Below, piece by piece: positions 34,841-45,980 of a stretch of 64,000 bases of DNA. Positions within the stretch are counted from its first letter, which is position 1. Each line of letters opens with the position of its first letter. Below the pieces are notes generated by a model. That model was not told where the DNA came from and searched no databases. It was given only the letters and a program-made list of their open reading frames with translations. The position numbers and the translations under genes are program-made. Source of the DNA: Azolla caroliniana (Eukaryota; Plantae; Polypodiophyta); contig JBHGNT010000009.1 in assembly GCA_043228905.1 (NCBI GenBank), forward strand, positions 16,430,001 to 16,494,000, read 5' to 3'.

Positions 34841-37800
34841 ATGGAAAATCAACTGGAGGCTAACACCATGATGGAGATGTTTGAGCAGATGCTACAAGAA
34901 CAATGCGTCATGTCGAAGATTGCCGTGGCAGTAGAGCGACTCGTGCGACGGAACGGGCAATTCAACGGGAAAGACGTGTCGCGATATTTGCGAGATTACA
35001 AGGCGGAAATGCTACGGTGCGGGATTTTGGAAGGACTGCAAGTGAAATCCTTCAACCGGGTGGTGACCAACGGGCTTCAAGGGAGTATCCACGGGATACG
35101 ACAGCAAAATCCAATGTGGGAGGCATTTGAAGAGGCGTTAAAGACCACGTTCGCCATCGAGGACTCCTCTAAGGCAACGAGGAGGGGATTCGAAGATTGG
35201 GTTGAAACACTGGAGAAGGGGATGAAGGTCCTCGATGTATTTTCGTCATTCGAAAGTCAGTTCGGGAGGTTGTCTACGAGAGATCAAGCTATCCTCGCAC
35301 CGGACAAAGTGATCATGTTCCTACGAGTCGTGGACATCCAGGACCGGAAAGATCTTGGAGTGCTTTTGGAGGACACGACCACTGAGAGTGGCCTCACACG
35401 AAACATGGGAAAACGTGTGGGATATTGTCGCGGGATACACGAAGAGGGGACAATGGCTTGCTAGCGAAGAAAAGAGGGTTTCGGAACCGATTCCGAAACC
35501 AAGATACAGATTGGAAGACCATCAACCGTGGGCTCGAGAGACTACGACCGAGAAGGGAATCGACGCAACTACGGTGGAGCAGTTGCTGAAGGAGATGGAG
35601 AATCTAAACATCGCGATGGTGAAGAAGTCGGATGACCGTCCCACAAGTTCCAAGTATATGGACCGTTGGTGTATATGGTGTGATAGCACCGAACATGATC
35701 AGAGGGATTGCGACGAGCACAAGGAAGTGTTACGATGGGATCTTATCTACTACGAGGGAAATTGGATCCATTCGATGGACTCTTGGAAGCCATTCCGACC
35801 GAACTTCTGAAAAGGCGGCATGAAGAAGGTCCTAGAGGAGGAGATCGCGGTGAAAAACAACTATGCGACAACCGCAGGAATACGTGTGGGTGAGTCATCT
35901 AGAGCAAAGGCATCTTTTTGGCCGGAAGTGGTAGAAAATTCGAAGAAAGCCAACCATGATGAAATCCAAAGAGCTGCGGAATGTATCTGGGAAGCTATGG
36001 GATGGGAGTGCCCCGTAGATAAGAATAGTGTACATGCGCTATGTCAATTGCATGAAGTGTATGGGGATGAAAAACGACGGTGCACGGATGATGCGGTCGG
36101 ACCATCAAAGACACCAGAAAGCTGGAACTCCGGAGGGAAGGGGAAAGAAAAGACGATTCCGACATTCAAACTCGCCTCGGACATCGAGCAACAAACGGAC
36201 TTGAAAAAAGTGTTCGACGAGAGAATCCTCGATATCCGGGTGGAATTTTCTCTTCGGGAATTACTCGGAATAGCGAAGAAGGAGTTCCATGATCTTCTTG
36301 TCGACCTCGTGAAGAGAAAAAGACAAAGTACGGAGGAGAAGGCACCAAGGGTAAATGTGAACATGGTTTTAATGAATGACACCAAAGTGGAGGACTAAAT
36401 TCCGAACTCCCACTACACAAGGCCACACTGGGCACGTGCAACTACGGAGACTCCGGTCCGAATCGGCAACATCAAAGAGCCCATGCTAGCATTAATTGAT
36501 CACGGATCGGAGATCAATTTGATGTCTAAGGAGTTCTACCGGAAGAGGAAGTGGCTTATAAACACTAACCATGGATGGAAGATCTGGGCAGCCACTAAAG
36601 CAACGGAAGATCTATTTGCGGCTTGTCCGGATGTGACAGTGAAGATCAGGGATGTTGAGATCGACCAAAATTTCTTCGTACAAGATGAGGTCTCACATTC
36701 CGTGATCCTTGGGCAACCCTTTATCACAGCTTCATGGATGGAGACAAAGGTGCTCAAAAGCGGTGCGGCTTTCACACGAATTCGGAACCAAAGCAGAGGG
36801 AAATCCGTCCAATTCCTAACTGTGCCGGCAAATCATGAAAGGAACAAGAGAGAGCTTTTGTCCCAAACAAGGATGGATTTTTAGAGCGGACTGTTGTGGA
36901 GTGGGGAAGTGATAGTCCAAGAAGCCTTGATACCCCACACAAGATGAAAACTCTCAGAGAAAAACAAGTACGAATCGGTCCGGATGGGGCATCTACGTAC
37001 ACGGCTGTAACCGGAGGAAAGAAGAAAGAATACCGAAATCTAGAGGATAAGTTGCGGTCGGCATCAATAATAAAAGAAGACGAAGAAATCATGGGGGTAG
37101 TCGAAGAAGTGTTCTATGGGAGCACGCTACAACGGCTTGAAGAGCTTGTGGAGGATAAAAGCCAAGGAGACCAGGTAGTCCTGGTGGAATCGGTCGAGAT
37201 GTACAAGATCATTGCGAAAATGGGGCTGGATGCGCTCCTCAAAGAAGAAGCAATGGTAAGTACGAAATACAAGACCGTGGAGAAGAAAGTGAAACCGGTT
37301 GTAGGACCGTTACCCGCCAATAGTGAGCAAAAGAGGAAAGAAGTCTCGGGAGATCCAACACTTCGGATGTCCGTGGATATCGGACATGCCTTCACAGATG
37401 AGACCCCGAAGAAACTTTAGATCAGGGTAGGTGGTTTCCTTTTACAAAATGAAGAAGAACGATTTCATGGGATGTTGGAACAACATGGGAAAGCATTTGC
37501 ATTCATATTGAAGGAGATAGGGTGCGTTGATATGAAGATAGTGGAGCCGATGGTGATCTTCACGATTGACCATGTGCCGTGAAAACCTGAAGCCGATTCC
37601 GGTGCCGTGGGTGCATATTCCCAAAATCATCGACTTGCTCAAAGAGAAGGTGGCGATGGGGATTCTAGAGCTATCAAACGCTCCGTACTCAAATCGATGG
37701 TTTACGGTTCCGAAGAAGAATGGGTCACTCCGATTTATAGAAGACTTGCAACAGGTGAACAAGGTCACGATCCGGAACTCCGGAGTTAGTCCAATAGTGG

Positions 37801-38096
37801 ACGAATTTGCGGAAGCATTTGCCGGTCATGCGATATACTCCATCAGAGACCTATACTCGGGGTATGACCAATTCCAACTAGCCGTGGAGAGCCGAGACAT
37901 CACTACCATGCGAACACCGATAGGATTAGTCCAAATGTGCACACTACCATAAGGAGCGACAAACTCAGTTGCACATATGATGAACGCGATGAACAAGGTG
38001 CTTCGAGATTGCATTCCGGAGATGACATAGCCAAATCCGATAATGAAGAAGTTTCTGAAGACTACTTTGCTTTAGAGCACATATGCCGAGTAAATG
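34841..38096 (+). pseudogene. Gypsy E gag-protease-RT (degenerate)
   Basis: CIWCDSTEHDQRDC; LIDHGSEIN; SNAPYSNRWFTVPKKNGSLRFIEDL. Confidence 0.88.
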
Positions 38097-40774
38097 CGTA
38101 GAAACAAATAGCGTGCGGAAGCAATAGAAAACAAAAAACAGAGAACAGGTTTAATGGAGAGCTTAATAGTACGCCGGAGAGACAAAGAGAGAGAGCACAC
38201 AGAAACTCAATTCAAAAATACTATTCAGTCTGTACATAGGATGTTGTCAGTGAGAACTTTTATACAAGTCCATATGGACTGACAGAAGTATTGTGTACTT
38301 CAATGATCACACGAGTGTCTCACACTAACTACGAGATATTAACTCCCTAGTAGACTAGGTGCTACTTGGCTTCCAGTTACTGCTTGATCCAGCTAACCGA
38401 CTCCCGAGCTCACTGGCTCATCCTTTTGGATGCCGATCCGGATCCGGTTGAGTTTGCTGCTCCACACTCCCCCTCAAGCTCAACTTGAGGTCGGATCATA
38501 GTGTCAGTCTCCATGGCACCCAGCCCTTCTACCTGGCTCCTTCTGGCGTCACTCCTCCTCGTCCGGTCCGGTCCCGTTTGTCGTGACCCTTTTGTTCCTG
38601 CGCACCTCGACTTCCTTGGTCGACTTCCAATTCAGCTCCCTCACTGTTGTGACTTTGGCTTTTGCCGATTCGCCGATCCCTTCGTGTTGGCGTCAACTTT
38701 TGGTGCCTTCTCGTTCTCCTGGCCTTGAATTGATCCGGTTCTTCCGAATCCTTCTATAGAACCAAATCGGCTGTCTCTGATTCGTTCCCGCTCTTGTCCG
38801 AATCGGTTGCTCCCGATTTGTCTTCCGGTTCCAAACCCTTCACAATATCGGACCATGTCCGGGTCTTGGCCTTCTTCTTCCAGTCGGCTCTGTCCTTCTT
38901 GACTCTGCCTCCGTTGCTGCTTGTTCCGACTTGTTCGGATGTGTCAAATTCCTTTGTTGACTCGGCTCCTTTCTTCTTCTTGTCTCTCCCTTTATCGGTT
39001 CTTCCCTCACTGGCGCAATCGGCATTCTCCTTGTCTTTGCCCGTTCCGGTGTCTTTGCACGTTCTCCCCCTCAAGTGTGGCACGTCGAGATGCTAAACAC
39101 CAAGCATTTCGATGAAGTGTTGCAACTTGTCTGATCCGAGCGGTTTGGTGAAGATGTCAGCAACATGCCGATCCATATGAACATACCAAAGTTCGACTTC
39201 ACCGCTCAGGACACGCTCACGCACGAAGTGGTAGTGCACTTTGATGTGCTTTGTGCGAGCATGGAATACGGGGTTCTTGGCGAGCTGCATGCTGCTTATG
39301 TTGTCGCAGTAGATCAGGATTGGGGTCGACACCTCGATCCGCAGGTCTTGCAGCAGTTGTTGAAGCCAAATGGCTTCACAGGTGGCAACGGTCGCGCCCC
39401 GATACTCAGCCTCGGTGCTCGACAGAGCCACTGTTGGCTGCTTTTTGTTGCTCCATGCAACAACCGCGCTACCGAGGGAAAACATATAGCCGGAAGTTGA
39501 ACGACGATCTGATGCATCGCCGGCCCATACGACATCCGTGTAGCCGACTAGCTCTTCGGTCATACCTCGCCGGTATAACAGTCCCCGGTCCTTCGTACCG
39601 CTCATATATTGCAGTATTCAGTGCGCGCACTGAAGATGCTCTACGGTCGGCTTCTGCATGAATTGGCTAATCACACCGACCGGATAGTTGATGTCGGGTC
39701 GGGTGATGGTCAAATATATAAGGCTTCCGACAAATTGCAGAACCGTTTCTCATCGCAGGCCAGTCTGAAGTTGGGACATAGCTTCTGTTTCTGGTCCAAG
39801 GGTGTAGAGACAGATCGGCATTCTGTCATGCCGAACTTGTACAGTATATTGAACACATAGTGTCTTTGTGAGAGCAATATGTCGTCGGGGGTTCGGATCA
39901 CCTCAATCCCAAGGAAATAGGGAAGGTCCCCCAGGTCCTTCATCTCAAATGCGTCTGACAGCTGGGACTTGACTTGGCGGATTTCATCGAGTCCGGGCCC
40001 GGTGATGACTACATCATCAACATACAACAAGATGCAAACCGGACCGTCCGGACCTTGCCGGATGAACAACGAAGAGTTGGACTTGGAGGCTGCAAACCCC
40101 AACTTACGTAACCGGTGTGTAATCTTCACATTCCAAGCTCGGGGGGCTTGCTTCAGGCCATAAAGTGACTTCTTCAGCCGGCATACAGCCGACTTGTTTA
40201 GTTCCGACTCAAAACCGGGAGGTTGGGTCATAAAGACCTCTTCTTCTAGATCGCCTTGAAGAAATGCATTCGTCACGTCCATCTGGTGAAGATGCCACTC
40301 CCTTGCCCCAGCAACCGCCACCACCACACGGACCGTCGTCATCTTCACTACCGGAGCGAAGGTCTCATCGTAGTCGATTCCGTGGGTTTGTGCGTATCCC
40401 TTCGCCACTAACCGGGCCTTATACCGGTTAACTGAACCGTCGGCGTTGTACTTTACCTTATACACCCACTTGCATCCGATCGGTTTACAGTGACGGGGAG
40501 GGTCAACCAAGTCCCATGTCTCATTGGTATCAAGTGCCCGCATCTCTTCCTCCATAGTGACACGCCAATTTGCATCCCTTGCCGCTTCTGTGTAGCTCTC
40601 CGGCTCACGCACTTCCGCCACCTTGGTCATGTACGCATAGTGATGCGCCATGTACTCATTGTACCCGTACCGCTTAACAAGTTCCTTCTTGCGGGTTGAC
40701 CAACGTGTTGGGATTTACGGTCCCTCCGGATGGGATGTCCGGAGATGAATGACGGCAAGCCCGGTTGCGGTTAC

Positions 40775-40950
40775 GGAACCGGAGGATGAAGAGTACCCGG
40801 CATGAAGCCGGATGAAGAGTACCCGGCTACGGAGCCGGATGATGTAGACCCCGGGTACGGAGCCGGATGATGAAGACCCGGCTACGGAGCCGGATGATGA
40901 AGACCCGGCTACGGAGCCGGATGATGTATGTACCCGGAGAGAGATCCGGA
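40775..40950 (+). repeat. ~24-28-bp CCGGATGA-containing tandem repeats in U3 (also 45605-45780)
   Basis: GAGCCGGATGA(T/A)GA..ACCCGGCTACG units. Confidence 0.85.
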
Positions 40951-41118
40951 TGCGGGGACATATTTGTGAATATGTTTGCCAAGGGCCCTTGTGGCTATAT
41001 TTGTAAATAGCCTGAAAGTCATATGTGTATAAATATGACTTAGGGCAAACTGTTTATTGTTGCTGTAAGTTGCTACTCATTTTTCTGTTTTTCCACTTAG
41101 AGAGAGTGAAGAGAGCAG

Positions 41119-41151
<33 letters not shown>

Positions 41152-41452
41152 GAAGAGGTCGTTGCCTCTGTGCATTACCGCCGCCTGTGGCGAAGACAGT
41201 GAGCTCAAGGTTGTTGCCTTGAAGCTTCACCATTGTACATCTCTGTTCATAGTGATAGTTGGAGTTTGAGGACTCCCGTGGTTTTTCCCGTATAGGGTTT
41301 TCCATGTTAATCCCTGTGTTATCGTGTCTTTCTCTGTGTGTCCTATTTTCTGCTGCATTGATTCGCGATTTGTCGGTTGTGGCCGAGCGGTGAAGGCGAA
41401 TCGGAGCGTTGATTCGCAACAAAGTGGTATCAGAGCGACGGCAGTGCAGAAA

Positions 41453-44400
41453 ATGGAAGGCGGCAGCAGCGGGCAGCCGGGGATGATGGTGCTGAATGCG
41501 CAGAACTACGCCGACTGGAAGATCAAGATGGAGGATCTTCTGATTGTTCGGGACCTGTACGAACCGATTGACAGGTCGGAAATACCGAAGGGGGTACTTG
41601 AGACGGAATGGAGGCTTCTGAACCGGAAAGCCGTTGCAACCATTCGGCAATACGTCGACGTGAGCGTTCTACAACATGTGGCGAACGACACCAACGCATA
41701 CGAGATGTGGCGGAAGCTGTCGGGCCTCTACGAGAGGAAGAATGCGTTGAACCGGACCTCCCTGATGAGGAAGATAGTGAACCTCAAGTACCGGGACGGT
41801 GAAAATATGGTGGAACACGTGAGCACGTTCATGGGATTCGTGAACCAGCTTGCGGCGATCAAGTTCCCGTTGGAGGATGCAATGCAAGCCATCATTCTGA
41901 TGTGTACATTGCCGGAAAGCTGGGAGAACTTGGTGGTGACTCTCAGCACCTCCTGCACCGAAGATAACTTGTCTCTACAAACGGTAAAGACAAGTATTCT
42001 AAATGAAGAAGCGCGTCGGAGAGATAAAGAACCGGCCACCGACTCGAAGGCGCTGCTTACCGAATCGGAACGGGGAAGACAATGGAACCGGAGTCCGCAA
42101 AGACGGGAGAAGTCGAGGACCCGGTCGCAGTCAAGAGGAAGACCCACATGCTTCCACTGTGGGAAGCCGGGGCACTTCCGGAAGAATTGTCGGCATTACC
42201 GAAAGGACAACGGAGCCGACGACACCGATTCGAAGAAGTCACCGGAGAGAAACGGTGCATACCGGGGAGCCACGGGCCGGAGAGGTCCGGATCGGCGAGG
42301 GCAGGACCGGAAAGGAACGATGGCACTCGCGGCAAGTGAAGAAGAAATAATGCTCATTACCGAAGAGAGGGAGCTGAACCTTGCCGGTGAAGAGATGACC
42401 TGGGTGGTCGATTCCGGAGCGTCGTTCCACCTGACCCCGGAGAAGAAATACTTCTCATCCTACATAGCCGGTGAGCACGGCTGTGTCCGGATGGGAAACG
42501 AAGGTACGTGCCGGATTGCCGGCATAGGAGACGTGTGGTTGACAACCTCGACCGGATGCAAGATGCTGTTGAAAGATGTACGACACGTTCCGGAGGTTCG
42601 ATTGAACCTGATTTCGGCCGGGAGGCTAGACGATGAAGGCTACACGGGTAGCATCCGGAACGGTGTCATGAAGTTCAGCAAAGGGAGCCTGATAGTGGCT
42701 CGGGCCCGGAAGATCAACACACTGTACCTGATGAATTCCCGGCTATGTCCGGAGGAGCTGAACGTGGCAGCTGACACTGCCGGTGAGCTATGGCACAAGA
42801 GACTGTGCCACATGAGCGAGAAGGGGATGAAGAGGCTTGCAGAAGACAACCTTATTCCAGTGAAGCATGTGCACCTGGAGAAGTGCACCGATTGCCTGGC
42901 CGGTAAGCAGAACCGAACCTCCTTCCACTCAAGGCCACCGACGAGACGTAGCGCACCATTGGAGTTGGTGCACACTGACGTGTGTCAAGTAGAAACGAAG
43001 TCACATGGCGGAGCCCAGCACTTCGTGACATTCATTGATGATCACAGCCGGAAGCTGTGGACGGCACCGTTGAAGACAAAGGACCAAGTATTGTCCGTCT
43101 TCAAAGAACTCCACGCGAGAGTGGAAAGGGAATCCGGCAAGGAGCTGAAAGCGATACGAGCGGATAACGGAGGAGAATACCGGGGGCAGTTCGCGGAGTA
43201 CTGTCGCTCGAAGGGAATCCGGCTCGAGTTTACTGTGCCGAAGACGCCGGAACTGAACGGGCTGGCCGAGAGGATGAACCGGACCATAATGGAGAGGGTC
43301 CGGAGTATGCTGGCGCATGCGAAATTACCCAAGGGGTTTTGGGCTGAGGCAATGTCGACGGCGACATACGTGATAAACAGATCACCCTCAGTACCTTTGG
43401 ATGGCGACACGCCGCAAAGAGTGTGGACCGGTAGGGAAGTATCCTACCGGCATCTGAAGGTGTTCGGGTGTCTCGCATATGTGCATGTGGCAAAGGACCG
43501 GAGAGGAAAGCTAGATCCAAAGACCCGGCCATGCATATTCCTCGGTTACGGCAACGACGAGTTCGGCTACCGAGTATGGGACCCGGTCGACAAGAAGATA
43601 TTCAGGAGTCGAGATATCATCTTCATGGAGGACAAGACACTCGCCGACTGGGAGTCGGAGAAGAAGATGAAGAGCTCCAAGTCGACTGGTGAGGATCAAC
43701 TCTACAAGGAGCAGTCCCGACCGGCAAGAGACCGGTTAGCACTCGAGGATCCGGCCGAAGACGGTGAAGAAACAGAACCGGCCGAAGAAGATGAAAATGA
43801 TACCGGAACCGGCCCCGATCCCGAAATGGATTCGGATGAAGAAGAATCGGAAGAACCGGTTACCGAAGCTCCGGAACGGAGATATCCTCTAAGAGAGAGA
43901 AGGGCCCCCCGGAGATTTCCGGAACCAGAGCACGTGCTGCTAACCGACGAGGGGGAGCCGGAGAATTTTGAAGAAGCAGAGCTTGACACACATAGCCGCA
44001 GGTGGTTAAGTGCCATGCAGGAGGAGATGGATTCCCTGCATGAGAACCACACATATGAACTTGTGGAGTTGCCGAAAGGAAAGCGGGCACTTCGAAACAA
44101 GTGGGTGTTCAAGCTGAAACCGGGAGATGCCGGAAACCCCCCGAGATACAAAGCCAGGATCGTGGTGAAGGGGTTCCAGCAGAAGAAGGGCGTCGACTTC
44201 GACGAGATATTTGCCCCGGTAGTGAAGATGACCTCCATCCGGACGGTGCTGAGCATAGCGGCAAGCATGGACCTCGAGGTAGAACAGATGGACGTGAAGA
44301 CGGCATTCCTTCACGGTGACCTCGAAGAAGAGATCTACATGCAGCAACCGGAAGGATTCGAGAAGAAAGGAAAGGAGCACCTGGTATGCCGGTTGAAGAA

Positions 44401-45526
44401 GAGCCTCTACGGTCTGAAGCAGGCTCCCCGGCAATGGTACCGGAAGTTCGACTCCTTCATGACAGACGAAGGGTACCACAAAACGCAGACCGATCACTGC
44501 GTGTTTGTGAAGAAGTTCGAAGGAGGAGACTTTCTAATACTCCTCCTGTACGTGGACGACATGTTGATCGTCGGACGGGACCAGGGCAAGATACGGATGC
44601 TGAAGAAAGCACTTCACCGAACCTTCTCAATGAAGGACCTGGGTCCGGCGAGGCAAATACTAGGGATGCACATCATCCGGGACCGGAAGAAGAAGCAGTT
44701 GTGGTTGTCACAGGAGAAGTACGTGACAAAGGTGCTTCACCGGTTCAACATGTCGGAAGCAAGGCCGGTCGGATCGACCCTCCCGGCAAACTGCAAGCTG
44801 TCCAGGAAGCAAAGCCCCAAGACAAAGGCTGAGAAGGAGGACATGATGAAAGTACCATATGCCTCTGCCGTCGGGAGCTTGATGTACGCGATGGTGTGTA
44901 CCCGACCGGACATAGGATATGCAGTCGGAGTGGTGAGCCGTTACATGAGCAATCCCGGCAAAGAGCATTGGAACGCGGTCAAATGGATACTCCGATACCT
45001 GAAGGGCACGGCAAACATGTGCCTCCGATTCGGCTCCGGTAAGCCCGAACTCGATGGATTTACCGATTCGGATATGTCGGCTGATGCAGATACCAGCCGA
45101 TCCACATCAGGGTATGTGATGACGTATGCAGGGGGAGCTGTTTCATGGCAGTCGAGGCTGCAGAAGACGGTTGCACTGTCAACCACGGAGGCGGAGTACA
45201 TGGCGGCTGTTGAAGCCGGCAAGGAAATAATATGGATGAAGGACTTCATTAGAGAGCTCGGTATCCGGCAGGGGGAGTACCGACTCCACTGCGACAGTCA
45301 GAGTGCCATCCACCTTGCGAAGAACGCGGCCTATCACTCCCGGACGAAGCACATCCAGCGAAGATATCACTGGATCCGGGAAAGGATAGAAGACAAGGAG
45401 TTCATGCTGACGAAGATCCACACGGACGAGAACGGGTCGGATATGCTGACTAAGGTACTTACACCCGACAAGCTGGAAGCATGCCGGAAGAGGATCGGAT
45501 TGGAGAGACATCCCATGCCGAAGTGA
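41453..45526 (+). CDS. Copia gag-pol polyprotein (gag, CCHC, PR, INT, RT, RNase H), 1357 aa from first ATG after the PBS
   Basis: Uninterrupted ORF: CFHCGKPGHFRKNC, WVVDSGAS, LVHTD..RADNGGEY..NGLAERMN, LYVDDML, TDSD..STTEAEY. Confidence 0.95.
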   Translation: MEGGSSGQPGMMVLNAQNYADWKIKMEDLLIVRDLYEPIDRSEIPKGVLETEWRLLNRKAVATIRQYVDVSVLQHVANDTNAYEMWRKLSGLYERKNALNRTSLMRKIVNLKYRDGENMVEHVSTFMGFVNQLAAIKFPLEDAMQAIILMCTLPESWENLVVTLSTSCTEDNLSLQTVKTSILNEEARRRDKEPATDSKALLTESERGRQWNRSPQRREKSRTRSQSRGRPTCFHCGKPGHFRKNCRHYRKDNGADDTDSKKSPERNGAYRGATGRRGPDRRGQDRKGTMALAASEEEIMLITEERELNLAGEEMTWVVDSGASFHLTPEKKYFSSYIAGEHGCVRMGNEGTCRIAGIGDVWLTTSTGCKMLLKDVRHVPEVRLNLISAGRLDDEGYTGSIRNGVMKFSKGSLIVARARKINTLYLMNSRLCPEELNVAADTAGELWHKRLCHMSEKGMKRLAEDNLIPVKHVHLEKCTDCLAGKQNRTSFHSRPPTRRSAPLELVHTDVCQVETKSHGGAQHFVTFIDDHSRKLWTAPLKTKDQVLSVFKELHARVERESGKELKAIRADNGGEYRGQFAEYCRSKGIRLEFTVPKTPELNGLAERMNRTIMERVRSMLAHAKLPKGFWAEAMSTATYVINRSPSVPLDGDTPQRVWTGREVSYRHLKVFGCLAYVHVAKDRRGKLDPKTRPCIFLGYGNDEFGYRVWDPVDKKIFRSRDIIFMEDKTLADWESEKKMKSSKSTGEDQLYKEQSRPARDRLALEDPAEDGEETEPAEEDENDTGTGPDPEMDSDEEESEEPVTEAPERRYPLRERRAPRRFPEPEHVLLTDEGEPENFEEAELDTHSRRWLSAMQEEMDSLHENHTYELVELPKGKRALRNKWVFKLKPGDAGNPPRYKARIVVKGFQQKKGVDFDEIFAPVVKMTSIRTVLSIAASMDLEVEQMDVKTAFLHGDLEEEIYMQQPEGFEKKGKEHLVCRLKKSLYGLKQAPRQWYRKFDSFMTDEGYHKTQTDHCVFVKKFEGGDFLILLLYVDDMLIVGRDQGKIRMLKKALHRTFSMKDLGPARQILGMHIIRDRKKKQLWLSQEKYVTKVLHRFNMSEARPVGSTLPANCKLSRKQSPKTKAEKEDMMKVPYASAVGSLMYAMVCTRPDIGYAVGVVSRYMSNPGKEHWNAVKWILRYLKGTANMCLRFGSGKPELDGFTDSDMSADADTSRSTSGYVMTYAGGAVSWQSRLQKTVALSTTEAEYMAAVEAGKEIIWMKDFIRELGIRQGEYRLHCDSQSAIHLAKNAAYHSRTKHIQRRYHWIRERIEDKEFMLTKIHTDENGSDMLTKVLTPDKLEACRKRIGLERHPMPK

Positions 45527-45949
45527 AGGGGGAGTTTGTTGGGATTTACGGTCCCTCCGGATGGGATGTCCGGAGATGAATGACGGCAAGCCCGGTTGCG
45601 GTTACGGAACCGGAGGATGAAGAGTACCCGGCATGAAGCCGGATGAAGAGTACCCGGCTACGGAGCCGGATGATGTAGACCCCGGGTACGGAGCCGGATG
45701 ATGAAGACCCGGCTACGGAGCCGGATGATGAAGACCCGGCTACGGAGCCGGATGATGTATGTACCCGGAGAGAGATCCGGATGCGGGGACATATTTGTGA
45801 ATATGTTTGCCAAGGGCCCTTGTGGCTATATTTGTAAATAGCGTGAAAGTCATATGTGTATAAATATGACTTAGGGCAAACTGTTTATTGTTGCTGTAAG
45901 TTGCTACTCATTTTTCTGTTTTTCCACTTAGAGAGAGTGAAGAGAGCAG

Positions 45950-45980
<31 letters not shown>

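Noticed and set aside
41324-41452. N-terminal 43 aa of the 1400-aa ORF
   Set aside because: Starts at GTG inside the LTR; the first ATG after the PBS is 41453
41728-45589. Numerous antisense and alternate-frame ORFs over element I
   Set aside because: Expected shadows of a GC-rich coding strand
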